A stretch of DNA of 64,000 bases, taken from positions 192,001 to 256,000 of the forward strand of contig RDOC01000001.1 of NCBI GenBank assembly GCA_011364985.1, read 5' to 3'. The notes beneath the pieces were generated by a model. The model saw nothing but the letters and a program-made list of their open reading frames with translations, was not told the DNA's origin and ran no database searches. The number at the start of each line of letters is the position of its first letter. The stretch's first letter is position 1. This DNA is from Candidatus Thorarchaeota archaeon (GTDB lineage Archaea > Asgardarchaeota > Thorarchaeia > Thorarchaeales > Thorarchaeaceae). The translations under genes and the position numbers were made by a program. This document shows positions 10,299-19,808 of this stretch, piece by piece.

Positions 10299-10949
10299 AT
10301 GAATAAGCCTCAATATGACCTCCACATTCACTCCAACTTTTCAGACGGAATTCCAAGTGTTGCCCAGATAGTAGAAAGAGCGTCAGAGCTTCGCTTGAAA
10401 ACTATCGCAATAACAGACCACTTCTGGCCATCCTTAGGATCTCAAAGAGGAGGGCTTGGAACGATAGAAGAACGGCGTATGCAAATTGCCGTCCTCAGAG
10501 AGGATTTCCCTGCAATGACAATCCTTGATGGGGCAGAGATTGATATTCTCTCCAATGGTGGATTTGTACCTGTTGCTGGCGGCCCCGACAAGTTTGATCT
10601 TGTAATTGGCTCGGTGCATTGGCTATCTGGATCTGAACAATGGACATCAGCAATGCTGAAAACACTCGCAATGACCCACTTTGATGTTCTTGGTCACTGG
10701 GATGGCTACCTGACAACTTACAAGCATGAAGAAGGAGTCAAGGTGGCGGAGGCGCTTGCAGAGGCTGAAGTAGCAATCGAACTCAGTTCAAGGTATGAAC
10801 CTGTGCATACGGAGTTTCTAGAAGCAGCACGGGATGCAGGATGTCTGTTTACACTTGGCAGTGACTCTCATAGCTTGGACACCATAGGAAAATTAGATGA
10901 CCAATTCAAATTAGCTGTTGCGCTGGATCTTACACTATTGAATGCATAA
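10299..10949 (+). CDS. PHP-domain phosphoesterase
   Basis: DLHIHSNFSDG, AITDH, GAEID, GSVH and GSDSH motifs. Confidence 0.92.
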   Translation: MNKPQYDLHIHSNFSDGIPSVAQIVERASELRLKTIAITDHFWPSLGSQRGGLGTIEERRMQIAVLREDFPAMTILDGAEIDILSNGGFVPVAGGPDKFDLVIGSVHWLSGSEQWTSAMLKTLAMTHFDVLGHWDGYLTTYKHEEGVKVAEALAEAEVAIELSSRYEPVHTEFLEAARDAGCLFTLGSDSHSLDTIGKLDDQFKLAVALDLTLLNA

Positions 10950-11041
10950 ATACCCTAGAAACAGACGGATTCTTAGGACCCAGAAGGCTTTTCTCATGCC
11001 ATTCCTTCATTACAACAAGACGTAGTCAGGAGAGTAGTGCT

Positions 11042-11467
11042 ATGGGTGATAACAAATTCATTTTTCCTTCAGAGGAATGGATTGAGAAATATGAAGAAGT
11101 CCTGAACGCCAGCAAAGAATACGAAGACGCGGCCTATGATTGGGAAGGAGACTTCGTATTTGAGATAGAACCAGATGGAGAGATAATAAAGGAGTCCATC
11201 CGGTTCTATTTGGATCTATGGCATGGGAAGTGTAGGTCTGCACGGATGGCTGGAGCCAATGATACGGCCGAGTTCACTTACGCTGGCCCCTATAAGAATT
11301 GGAAGCTCCTCTTCGACAAGAAGATAGACCCGATAAAGGGCCTGATGCAGAGGAAATTCAAGTTGGGCAAAGGAAATGACATGGGGAAGATAATGCGCTA
11401 TACCAAAGCGGCTATGGAACTTGTCAATGCGACAACGAAAGTCCCCACCAAGTTCCTTGATGAGTAG
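11042..11467 (+). CDS. SCP2 sterol/lipid-binding domain protein
   Basis: FPSEEW...YE.AA.DWEGD, DLWHGKC, 'W..L...KIDPIKGLMQRKFKL..G.MGKIMRY' is the SCP2 pattern. Confidence 0.85.
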   Translation: MGDNKFIFPSEEWIEKYEEVLNASKEYEDAAYDWEGDFVFEIEPDGEIIKESIRFYLDLWHGKCRSARMAGANDTAEFTYAGPYKNWKLLFDKKIDPIKGLMQRKFKLGKGNDMGKIMRYTKAAMELVNATTKVPTKFLDE

Positions 11468-11527
11468 TTCATGGGTAAATCCATAGAATCACATACTTAA
11501 TACGATATCAAAGCTTCAAAAGAGGCT

Positions 11528-12619
11528 ATGCCCTCCATTCGAACACCGATATGCGAAATTCTAGGAATTAAGCATCCGATTCTTCAAGGGGGAATGGGAC
11601 CGTACAAGACTGAAGATCTTGCAATTGCTGTATCAAATGCGGGTGCGCTTGGGGTTATCAGCAGTATTGGCATGGCAGCGACACTTCTGCCAGACGCCGC
11701 CCCCATAGACGCAGTGAAACTCTTTGGTATGGATCCTCCAACAGTCATTCTGCAGAAATCAATCGAGAAAGTTGCCAAGGAAACAAGACAGTCAGGAGGC
11801 GTCTTTGGCGTCAATATTCCTGTCGCCTCTGAATTTATCCTTGCCTCACAGATATTTTCTAAACAGGTTCTCGAATCTCGCTCGGATGATTCGGATATAG
11901 AAAGATCTCTCAGGGTTGTTGTGACATCCGCTGGAAACCCTACTCCATGGGCTGAACTAAAGAAACATGGTCTGATTTGGATTCACGTCGTGCCATCAGT
12001 TTATCATGCAAAAAAGGCTGAGAAAGCAGGTGTGGATATCATAGTTGCTTCGGGGCATGAAGGGGGCGCCCATGTCTCATGGGATCCTGTTCACTCCATC
12101 GTATTAGTTCCCGCTGTGGCAAAGGCAGTTAAGACGCCAGTTGTTGCAGCAGGAGGATTCTGCGATGGGAGATCGCTAGCCTCAGCATTGAGTCTTGGAG
12201 CTGAAGGAATACAAATGGGTACAAGGTTCATTGCCACCAAAGAAAGCGACTTCGAACCAATATGGAAGCAAGCTATCATGTCACATGAGGAAAGAGAGAC
12301 TCTTGTGGGCAGGGGCATTTTTGGCCCAATGAGATTCCTGAGGAATAGACGTGCAGAGCAAATAGTAGAACAGACACTCCAAGATTTGCCACGTTTTTAT
12401 CTCGGAAAACCCATTGACTCCAACGCAGAGATACTAAGGCTGGAAAGGACCGGATTTGACGACCTTCTTGACGCAAAGAAAGATACTTCCTTGATGTTCG
12501 GTGGAGAGGTGGTTGGTAGAATCAGTGACATGCCAACGGTGAAAGAGCTAATCACAGAGATTATAGAAGAAGCTGCTTCAACTCTTCGATGGCTCCTTCA
12601 GTATGTTGATGAAAGGTAG
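11528..12619 (+). CDS. Nitronate monooxygenase / FabK-like FMN oxidoreductase
   Basis: PILQGGMG, LAIAVSNAGALG, GHEGGAH, PVVAAGGFCDG, GIQMGTRFIATKES. Confidence 0.9.
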   Translation: MPSIRTPICEILGIKHPILQGGMGPYKTEDLAIAVSNAGALGVISSIGMAATLLPDAAPIDAVKLFGMDPPTVILQKSIEKVAKETRQSGGVFGVNIPVASEFILASQIFSKQVLESRSDDSDIERSLRVVVTSAGNPTPWAELKKHGLIWIHVVPSVYHAKKAEKAGVDIIVASGHEGGAHVSWDPVHSIVLVPAVAKAVKTPVVAAGGFCDGRSLASALSLGAEGIQMGTRFIATKESDFEPIWKQAIMSHEERETLVGRGIFGPMRFLRNRRAEQIVEQTLQDLPRFYLGKPIDSNAEILRLERTGFDDLLDAKKDTSLMFGGEVVGRISDMPTVKELITEIIEEAASTLRWLLQYVDER

Positions 12620-12708
12620 TACGTCAGAAATAAGTGGGCGTTTACAATTCACATATACCAAGGCTTGTAGCAAAAAAGAGATTGGTACTGCAAAATAAGG
12701 TGCAGAAT

Positions 12709-13881
12709 ATGTCATGGGAATATGATATACCAAAGATAGTCTTCGGTGAGGATGCCATTGAAGAGCTTAATCGACTGAAGGGAAATAGCGCATTCCTTGT
12801 CACTGATGGTGTTATCAACAAGCTTGGACTTGTAGAGAAGGTTGTCCAGATTCTGAGCGACAACCAGTGGAATATTGCCGTTTGGGACTGCGCAGAACAA
12901 GACCCACGTGTTTCATCGGTTCGGGAAGCTGCTGAAGGGATGAGGAACTTCTGTGCAGATATCATAGTCGCTTTGGGAGGCGGAAGCGTGATGGACACGG
13001 CAAAGGCCGCCTGGGCGCTATACGCTCAGCCTGACATGGACCTCACAGCCCTTAACCCCTTTGAAGAGCTTGGAGTAAGGGAGAAAGCGAAACTTATCTG
13101 TATTCCAACAACCTCAGGAACAGGATCTGAAGTAACCAAGGCTGTTGTCATCAGAGAAGATGAATCAGGACGTAAGTTTGCGACAATCAATCCTGAGCTT
13201 GTACCTGACCTTGCAATACTTGACCCTTATTTTGTGAAGGATTTACCGAAGAACCTCACCGCATGGACAGGAATGGATGCGCTCACCCACGCTGTTGAAG
13301 CATATACCTCGTCATGGAAGAATGCCTTCTCAGATGCATGCACGATGAAGGCTGTGAAAATGGTCTTCGAATGGCTTCCAAAATCGGTTGCTGACACTTC
13401 AGATATGGATGCAAGAGGGAAGATGCAAGTCGCTGCCTGTCTTGCGGGAATGGCCTTTAGCAATTCGCAAGTAGCACTAGCCCACTCGTTAGGACATTCT
13501 CTTGGTTCAGTCCTTCGCCTTCATCATGGAATGTCCGTTGGAATGGCATTGCCGTACACAATCGAATATTGCTGCACGGATGAGGACACTGCCAAATACT
13601 ACGCTGAGCTGGCTGCTATCATTGGAATCGTTGGGAAAAAACCCGAAACCGTCGCTAGGAAGTTCGCTGAAGCAATAAGAGTGCTAATGGAAAAGATAGA
13701 CAGCCCAACAAGTCTCAAGGCTGCAAAGGTTACGAAGAAGAAGTTCAAGGAAGGACTGAACAAGCTGGTTGAATATGCCATGATGGATGCAGCAATCACC
13801 ATGAGCCCGCGAAACACAGACAGCAACATAATCAAAAGGATCTATATGGCCATGTTTGATGGTGAGCCAATCGACTTCTAG
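12709..13881 (+). CDS. Iron-containing alcohol dehydrogenase
   Basis: ALGGGSVMDTAK, IPTTSGTGSE, GMDALTHAVEAY, LAHSLGH...HG. Confidence 0.95.
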   Translation: MSWEYDIPKIVFGEDAIEELNRLKGNSAFLVTDGVINKLGLVEKVVQILSDNQWNIAVWDCAEQDPRVSSVREAAEGMRNFCADIIVALGGGSVMDTAKAAWALYAQPDMDLTALNPFEELGVREKAKLICIPTTSGTGSEVTKAVVIREDESGRKFATINPELVPDLAILDPYFVKDLPKNLTAWTGMDALTHAVEAYTSSWKNAFSDACTMKAVKMVFEWLPKSVADTSDMDARGKMQVAACLAGMAFSNSQVALAHSLGHSLGSVLRLHHGMSVGMALPYTIEYCCTDEDTAKYYAELAAIIGIVGKKPETVARKFAEAIRVLMEKIDSPTSLKAAKVTKKKFKEGLNKLVEYAMMDAAITMSPRNTDSNIIKRIYMAMFDGEPIDF

Positions 13882-13894
13882 CAGGGACGAATCA

Positions 13895-15721
13895 ATGTTT
13901 GGATATCGAGGAAAGATACTGAGGGTAAATCTAAGTTCTCAGGATATCTCTGAGATGGCATTGGACCAAGATGTTGCCCGTGAGTTCATTGGTGGAATTG
14001 GACTTGCTGCAAGTATCCTCTACGATATGGTTGACAAAGACACCGACCCGTTAGGGCCTAACAATCCGCTTCTTATACTGAATGGTCCATTCTGCGGAAC
14101 GATGATTCCCACAGGGAGCAAGGCTGCAATGTGTAGCAAGTCACCACAGACCGACCTTTGGGGACATAGCATATTTGGAGGACACTTCGGAGCAAATCTG
14201 AAGTTTGCAGGTTATGATGGTATTTTGATTGAGGGTTCATCGGAGAAACCATGCTACATTTTGGTTGATGACTCAAATGTAGAGGTCAGAAATGCAGAAC
14301 ACCTCTGGGGAAGGAATACTGAAGAAACGTGGGATACTTTGAAGGAAGAGACCGGACTTAGGAATGCAGGTGTTGCACGAATCGGGCTGGCCGGTGAAAA
14401 TCTCGTCAGATATGCCTGCGTCTGTGTTGACCACTATAGGGCTGCAGGGCGGACGGGCATGGGTGCGGTCATGGGCTCTAAGAAACTCAAAGCAATTGTT
14501 GTGAATGGCACAGATCGAAATGTGCCAGTGGCAGATCCAGATGGCTTGAATGAGCTAGCAAAGAGCCTCAACGAATCGTTGAGTGAAGACCCAACCTTCA
14601 ACATGTATTCGGAGTTGGGCAATGCCGGTTATGTGGATATGGCAAGCATGATGTATGGTTCCTTGCCTGCGGGGTACTATACCGTTTCAGACTTTGATTC
14701 ATACAATCTCAGCGGAACAACCATGCGTGAAACGATACTTGTTGGAAAATCAGCCTGTTACAGGTGCCCGATAGGCTGCGGTAGAGTAATTGAGATAAAA
14801 GAGGGTAAGTACGCAACAGGACGTTTTGCTGGACCTGAGTATGAGGTCATTGGTTCAATGGGAACGCTCATCCTCACCAATGATTTGGAAGCTGTCACAT
14901 TCACTGCAAAACAGATGGAACTTCTGGGTATTGATTTCATATCTGGTGGAAGCACAATTGCTCTTGCATACTATCTGTTTAAGGAGGGAAGAATAACAGC
15001 CAAAGACTTGGATGGCATTACCCCCGAATGGGGCGAGTCTGATTCTGCCTTGGCATTGCTTGCAAAAATCGCCAAGAGAGAGGGAGTAGGGAACATCATG
15101 GCGGAGGGGTCTCTTGCATTCGCGAAGAAGCACGGCTGTGAAGAGCTTGCTGCGCAGGTCAATGGCCTTGAGATGCCCATGCATGATCCCAGAGGCTTCT
15201 CAGGCATGGCAATAGGATATGCGACTTCGCCACGCGGTGCTTGCCACATGACTGCGGACATGTATAATGTGCAGATGGGGCAGACAAATGAAGCACTTGG
15301 CATTGAGAGTCAGAACAGGTTCACCAATGAAGCAGAAATTACTGCAAAGCAACAGAACCTGAGATGTGTCACCAACTCACTACTCATTTGTCACTATTAT
15401 CCAGCCTTGGCTGAGGAGTTGGTGGAGTTTATACAGAAGACAACGGGCTGGAAGGACTACTCCGTGGAGCAATTGGCTGAGAGCGGTGAGCGGATTTTCA
15501 CACTCCTGCGCCTCTTCAATTTGAAGATGGGATATAGAACAGAAAACGAACGCCTACCTGAGATAGTCTTGAGCCCCCTCGAAGGTCCAACTGAGGGGTA
15601 TGTACCGGACGTTGATGAGATGCTTGATACCTGGTACCAGTTCAGAGGTTGGGACAGAAAGACAGGAATGCCCCCCAAGAAGCGAATCAAGGAATTGGGG
15701 CTCTCTAGTTTTATTCAATGA
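13895..15721 (+). CDS. aor: Tungsten-dependent aldehyde:ferredoxin oxidoreductase family
   Basis: GYRGKILRVNLS, AAGRTGMGAVMGSKKLKA, CYRCPIGC, GPEYE, HDPRG, SPRGACH. Confidence 0.95.
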   Translation: MFGYRGKILRVNLSSQDISEMALDQDVAREFIGGIGLAASILYDMVDKDTDPLGPNNPLLILNGPFCGTMIPTGSKAAMCSKSPQTDLWGHSIFGGHFGANLKFAGYDGILIEGSSEKPCYILVDDSNVEVRNAEHLWGRNTEETWDTLKEETGLRNAGVARIGLAGENLVRYACVCVDHYRAAGRTGMGAVMGSKKLKAIVVNGTDRNVPVADPDGLNELAKSLNESLSEDPTFNMYSELGNAGYVDMASMMYGSLPAGYYTVSDFDSYNLSGTTMRETILVGKSACYRCPIGCGRVIEIKEGKYATGRFAGPEYEVIGSMGTLILTNDLEAVTFTAKQMELLGIDFISGGSTIALAYYLFKEGRITAKDLDGITPEWGESDSALALLAKIAKREGVGNIMAEGSLAFAKKHGCEELAAQVNGLEMPMHDPRGFSGMAIGYATSPRGACHMTADMYNVQMGQTNEALGIESQNRFTNEAEITAKQQNLRCVTNSLLICHYYPALAEELVEFIQKTTGWKDYSVEQLAESGERIFTLLRLFNLKMGYRTENERLPEIVLSPLEGPTEGYVPDVDEMLDTWYQFRGWDRKTGMPPKKRIKELGLSSFIQ

Positions 15722-15739
15722 AGCGGAGGTCAATCAGGA

Positions 15740-17254
15740 TCACTCATCGAGGCGAGGTATTTCTGTAATCACGGACTTCAAGAGCCTATACAGGACAGGT
15801 ATATCCGAGATTCTTACCCGCTCATCTGGAGTATGCGCGTTTTGAATATCAGGCCCAACTGATACCATTTGGATGCCAGGGATTTTGGCCCCAATGATTC
15901 CTGTTTCGAGTCCTGCGTGGATAGCAGAAACCTCTACTTCTCTTCCAAACACGCGGCCATAGATGTCCTTTACAAAGAGAAGGAATGGACTTTCAGGTTC
16001 TGGTTTCCACCCTGGATATGCGGGAGTCTGTGTGAGATTCCAATGTCCCAGGCTGGCAATTCCTGCAATTGACCGGCGAGTAGCTGCAATCTCTTCATCA
16101 ACGCTGCTTCGTATGGAGAGATGAAATGTGATTAGCTCTTCTTCGGTCTCGATTATTGCGAAGTTTGAAGACGTTTCAACAAGGCCTTCAACAGAAGGAG
16201 AGTATCTTAATGGTCCGTGAGGAAGGGCACTTGCGGTAGCAATGATGGCTTTGGATTCTCTTACTGAAAAGGTGGGTCTTTTCGCTTCATCATACCAGGA
16301 GATTTCAATTTCTGGCTCAAGTATCTTTGCACCTGTGACATCACTTCGATAGTATGACAGGATCGCTTTGCGTTCACTCTTCAGAATCTCTATTGCAGCA
16401 TCTATGTTCTTGACTGCAACAATTGCCTCGGATTCACGGGCAATAGCATTATGTTTGGACCCTCCGTTCCACTCAGCCAATGAGATCGTGACATCGTTGG
16501 AAATGGCCGAGAGAATTCGTGCAAGAAGAACATTAGCATTACCGCGCGGAAGATGAATGTCAACACCTGAGTGGCCACCAAGCAGACCTGAAACAGAAAT
16601 ATGGAGGAAATGCCAGTCTTTACTCTCATCGGAAAGAGAAACTTGCCTCTTCAAGATGGCATCACCCCCGCCGGCAGAGCCAATGGTCATTGTGCCCAGC
16701 AATTCGGAGTCAATGTTGATCATCAACTTGCTCCTGATTCCCAATGCATCAATGTCGAGACCAAATGCACCAACAAGACCTGTCTCTTCATCCACGGTGA
16801 TCAGAACTTCAAGAGGACCATGAGAAATTGTATCATCAAAGAGCAAAGCCAAGGCAAGGGCAATGCCAATCCCATTATCAGCACCGAGGGTTGTACCCTC
16901 TGCTTCTACCCACTTACCATCTTCAGACAGCTGGATGGGAATTGGATTGGAATCGAAGTTGAAGCCCTCAGGTCTGTTGGTTTCGCAGACCATATCACAG
17001 TGTCCCTGAAGAAGTATTGATGGCCATGATTCATTTCCCTCTGTTGCAGCCTTTCGAATAAGGAGGTTTCCAATTTCATCCTCTAATATCTCGAGGACAT
17101 TGTCCTTATTCTTCGCCATCTTAACAGCCCAAGTCTTAATTGCCGATCGTACTCGGGCCTCCTTCTTTGATGGTCGTGGATTTTTCGATAAGACGAATTC
17201 AAAAATCTCCCATACCAGCTTTGGCTCCAAGTCTTCCAATACCATTCTAAGCAT
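15740..17254 (-). CDS. pepD: Aminoacyl-histidine (beta-Ala-His) dipeptidase, M20
   Basis: LQGHCDMVCE, TTLGADNGIG, TVDEETGL, GGHSGVDIH, IHAGLETG, NAHTPDER. The start is near 17245-17254. Confidence 0.93.
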   Translation of the reverse strand: MLRMVLEDLEPKLVWEIFEFVLSKNPRPSKKEARVRSAIKTWAVKMAKNKDNVLEILEDEIGNLLIRKAATEGNESWPSILLQGHCDMVCETNRPEGFNFDSNPIPIQLSEDGKWVEAEGTTLGADNGIGIALALALLFDDTISHGPLEVLITVDEETGLVGAFGLDIDALGIRSKLMINIDSELLGTMTIGSAGGGDAILKRQVSLSDESKDWHFLHISVSGLLGGHSGVDIHLPRGNANVLLARILSAISNDVTISLAEWNGGSKHNAIARESEAIVAVKNIDAAIEILKSERKAILSYYRSDVTGAKILEPEIEISWYDEAKRPTFSVRESKAIIATASALPHGPLRYSPSVEGLVETSSNFAIIETEEELITFHLSIRSSVDEEIAATRRSIAGIASLGHWNLTQTPAYPGWKPEPESPFLLFVKDIYGRVFGREVEVSAIHAGLETGIIGAKIPGIQMVSVGPDIQNAHTPDERVRISDIPVLYRLLKSVITEIPRLDE

Positions 17255-17349
17255 ACCTTGGACTGAATTAGAACCGAAGGCACTATTTAGCCTTCCACTA
17301 CCGGCGTAGTAGGTACATTTTTCATTGCTATCTTGAAAGATAGAACGCC

Positions 17350-18222
17350 ATGATTTTTGATCCAGGAATCTCGACTTTTCTACAGAATCTAATACCTTGG
17401 GCAAACCTATTCTTCCGCCTGATGACCGAGCTAGGTTCGGAAACGTTCTATGTATCAGTAATACTGATTGCCTATTGGGCGTTCAGGAAGAAAGAAGCAA
17501 TAGCAGCTGCGATTCTGCTGCTTCTTACCTATTTGTCCAACTACTGGCTGAAGTATGTGATTGCCAATCCCCGTCCGCCCACCTCCGTGTGGGTTGAAGG
17601 AGTTGAAGCAACCAACTATAGCACACCTAGTGGTCATGCCCAGCTTGCAGCAACCTTGTACGGTTGGCTAGACCTGAAGGTTAGAAAATGGTGGATGGTA
17701 GTTTTGTCGATAGTAATCGTCACGCTGATTGGCATCTCGCGAGTCTATCTTGGGGTACACTATCTGGGCGACGTGCTACTAGGGTGGGCAATAGGCATTC
17801 TAACCGTCATTCTCTATTATTGTTTAGAAGGATCGCTTGAAAGAGCACAGGAAAGACTACGTGGAGAGTATCTATACTTCATTCTGTTTCTAGTAGGTTT
17901 CATGGGTCTACTTATCAGCCTAGCATTGCCGTCGCCCCCTAGAGACAATTTCGGATCATACGCAGGACTGTTAATGGGTTTGGCTGTTGCATTTCCGTTG
18001 GAGCAGCGTTTCGTGGGCTTTGAAACTAATTTGTTTCCAGTGCCAAAATGGAAGCTTGTTCTCCGAGTGGCGTTTGGTATTTTGCTAGTGCTCGGAGTCA
18101 TGCTTGGATTGTCGCCGTTCTTGCCGACAGAAGACATCATACTCCGAGCTTTACGCTATTTCCTTGTTGCTCTGATCGGAGCCTTTCTTTGGCCATTGAT
18201 TTTTACTAAAGCAAAGATATGA
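17350..18222 (+). CDS. PAP2-family membrane phosphatase
   Basis: K..IANPRP, PSGHA and SRVYLGVHYLGDV motifs, with multiple TM helices. Confidence 0.92.
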   Translation: MIFDPGISTFLQNLIPWANLFFRLMTELGSETFYVSVILIAYWAFRKKEAIAAAILLLLTYLSNYWLKYVIANPRPPTSVWVEGVEATNYSTPSGHAQLAATLYGWLDLKVRKWWMVVLSIVIVTLIGISRVYLGVHYLGDVLLGWAIGILTVILYYCLEGSLERAQERLRGEYLYFILFLVGFMGLLISLALPSPPRDNFGSYAGLLMGLAVAFPLEQRFVGFETNLFPVPKWKLVLRVAFGILLVLGVMLGLSPFLPTEDIILRALRYFLVALIGAFLWPLIFTKAKI

Positions 18223-18342
18223 TCAATTGTGGGAAGAAGGAAGCTCATCATGAAGGTGTCTCTTACTTTCCCATACATCATCCGATTATTGTATTCAATC
18301 GTTATTCCTGAGGACTAGTGAGGATTCTCGGCAGATTCAATA

Positions 18343-19095
18343 ATGCATCCGTATTCAGCCATGTTTGTGATCAATTTGCCAAACGAGTTCAGTACACCAC
18401 TTGGCAGTCCTTTGTATCCCAAAGCGCCCTATCATTACAAGGACGCGAAGCTTTTCCTCGCACTCTTCAACCCTACGGAGTCTTCGTTGAAGAGGATGCT
18501 GCGGGAGCCACTTCGGCCCTCTCAAATGCCGTTGGCGGGAATGATGTTCGGCGAGCAAAGATGTGTTGAAACAGGTACGTTCATGGAGGCGGCAATACTT
18601 GTGCAGTGCATGTTTGACAACCCAGATACCAATGAGGAGGAAGTCGGAGTTTACTTTGCCCACAACTATGTCGATACTGATGTGGCCCAATCTGCAGGCC
18701 GAGAGATCTGGGGATATCCTCGAAAACTAGCAGAGATTGAGTTGAGCGTGAAAGGAGATGTTGTGGAAGGGACTGTTGCCCGCCATGGCATCACGCTCTT
18801 GAAGGCTTCTTGCATCCTTGAGGACGACGGGGAATGGATTGATAGCGGCCCAAACATCAATTTCAAGGTAATCCCAAGTGTTACAGGAAACGGATATGAC
18901 CTAGCACAAATCACGGCAGGATATCTTACCTATGACATAAAGTGTGGCAAGTCAGGAGAGGTTGAGTTTGAAATCCAGAATGGTCCAGAGGATGATTTTT
19001 GCTCTATTGAAATAGAAGCATCAATGCTTGGTCTCTACTTTGATTGCGACATCACAGTCCCTCCTGGAAGAGTCGTGGGAGAAGTCAAGTTATAG
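18343..19095 (+). CDS. Acetoacetate decarboxylase-like family protein
   Basis: P..P.HY, E..ILV and AGREIWGYPRKLA signature. Confidence 0.85.
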   Translation: MHPYSAMFVINLPNEFSTPLGSPLYPKAPYHYKDAKLFLALFNPTESSLKRMLREPLRPSQMPLAGMMFGEQRCVETGTFMEAAILVQCMFDNPDTNEEEVGVYFAHNYVDTDVAQSAGREIWGYPRKLAEIELSVKGDVVEGTVARHGITLLKASCILEDDGEWIDSGPNINFKVIPSVTGNGYDLAQITAGYLTYDIKCGKSGEVEFEIQNGPEDDFCSIEIEASMLGLYFDCDITVPPGRVVGEVKL

Positions 19096-19099
19096 CCCA

Positions 19100-19726
19100 T
19101 TACTCTAAGGTTATCCATCCATAGTAAAGCAAGATTGAAGCTAGGGCAATTGCCTCACCGTCGGAGAATCCCACCATACGAGCAATATCGCGGAGCGTGC
19201 GTTTTCCATTGGTTGATTGCTCAATTAGCTCAAGTTTGAAATCAACTTCTGCAGTTCTCCAAGGAATGACTTCACCAGTGTCTGAAGCCTTGAGAACTAC
19301 ATCTAGATTGAGATTTGCTAAGGGGAACTCCTCGATTATGTTCAGTGCAAAGTCCTTGAATTGCCGAATATCTCCAACACCAGAATGAATAGCATCGTCA
19401 AATTCAATCTCAAACTGCTGTAGAATCCGCATTAGCTTTGCCCGATAGACATCTTCATCATCAACAGAAATCATACCAATTAGAGCGATGGCATGGCTAG
19501 CAGTCTCAAAAATATAGATGGAGTTCTTCCATCGAATTGCTCGCAAGTCATCCTTGGACAAATGTAGGACTGCCCTTAGTAGAGCTGCATGCATATCAGG
19601 ATTAACTGGTTCTGCGCCTGCATAGGGAATATAGAGCATCAGCTCACCACCTTCTGTACCCAAAATCATTACATGCCTGATTTTGGACACATCAATATTG
19701 TCCTTTGCAGGGTTCACATCATTCAT
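19100..19726 (-). CDS. Longin-like domain + C-terminal winged helix (NPRL2-like) protein
   Basis: N-terminal beta-beta-alpha-beta-beta-beta-alpha pattern. The C-terminus is NGKRTLRDIARMVG...LLYYGWI. Confidence 0.6.
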   Translation of the reverse strand: MNDVNPAKDNIDVSKIRHVMILGTEGGELMLYIPYAGAEPVNPDMHAALLRAVLHLSKDDLRAIRWKNSIYIFETASHAIALIGMISVDDEDVYRAKLMRILQQFEIEFDDAIHSGVGDIRQFKDFALNIIEEFPLANLNLDVVLKASDTGEVIPWRTAEVDFKLELIEQSTNGKRTLRDIARMVGFSDGEAIALASILLYYGWITLE

Positions 19727-19808
19727 GATACGTAACCACTGGAATTCAGCATTAAATTATGATGTATCGTGTGGGAAATATTCGTTTTCGGAGTCTACTT
19801 CATCTATC

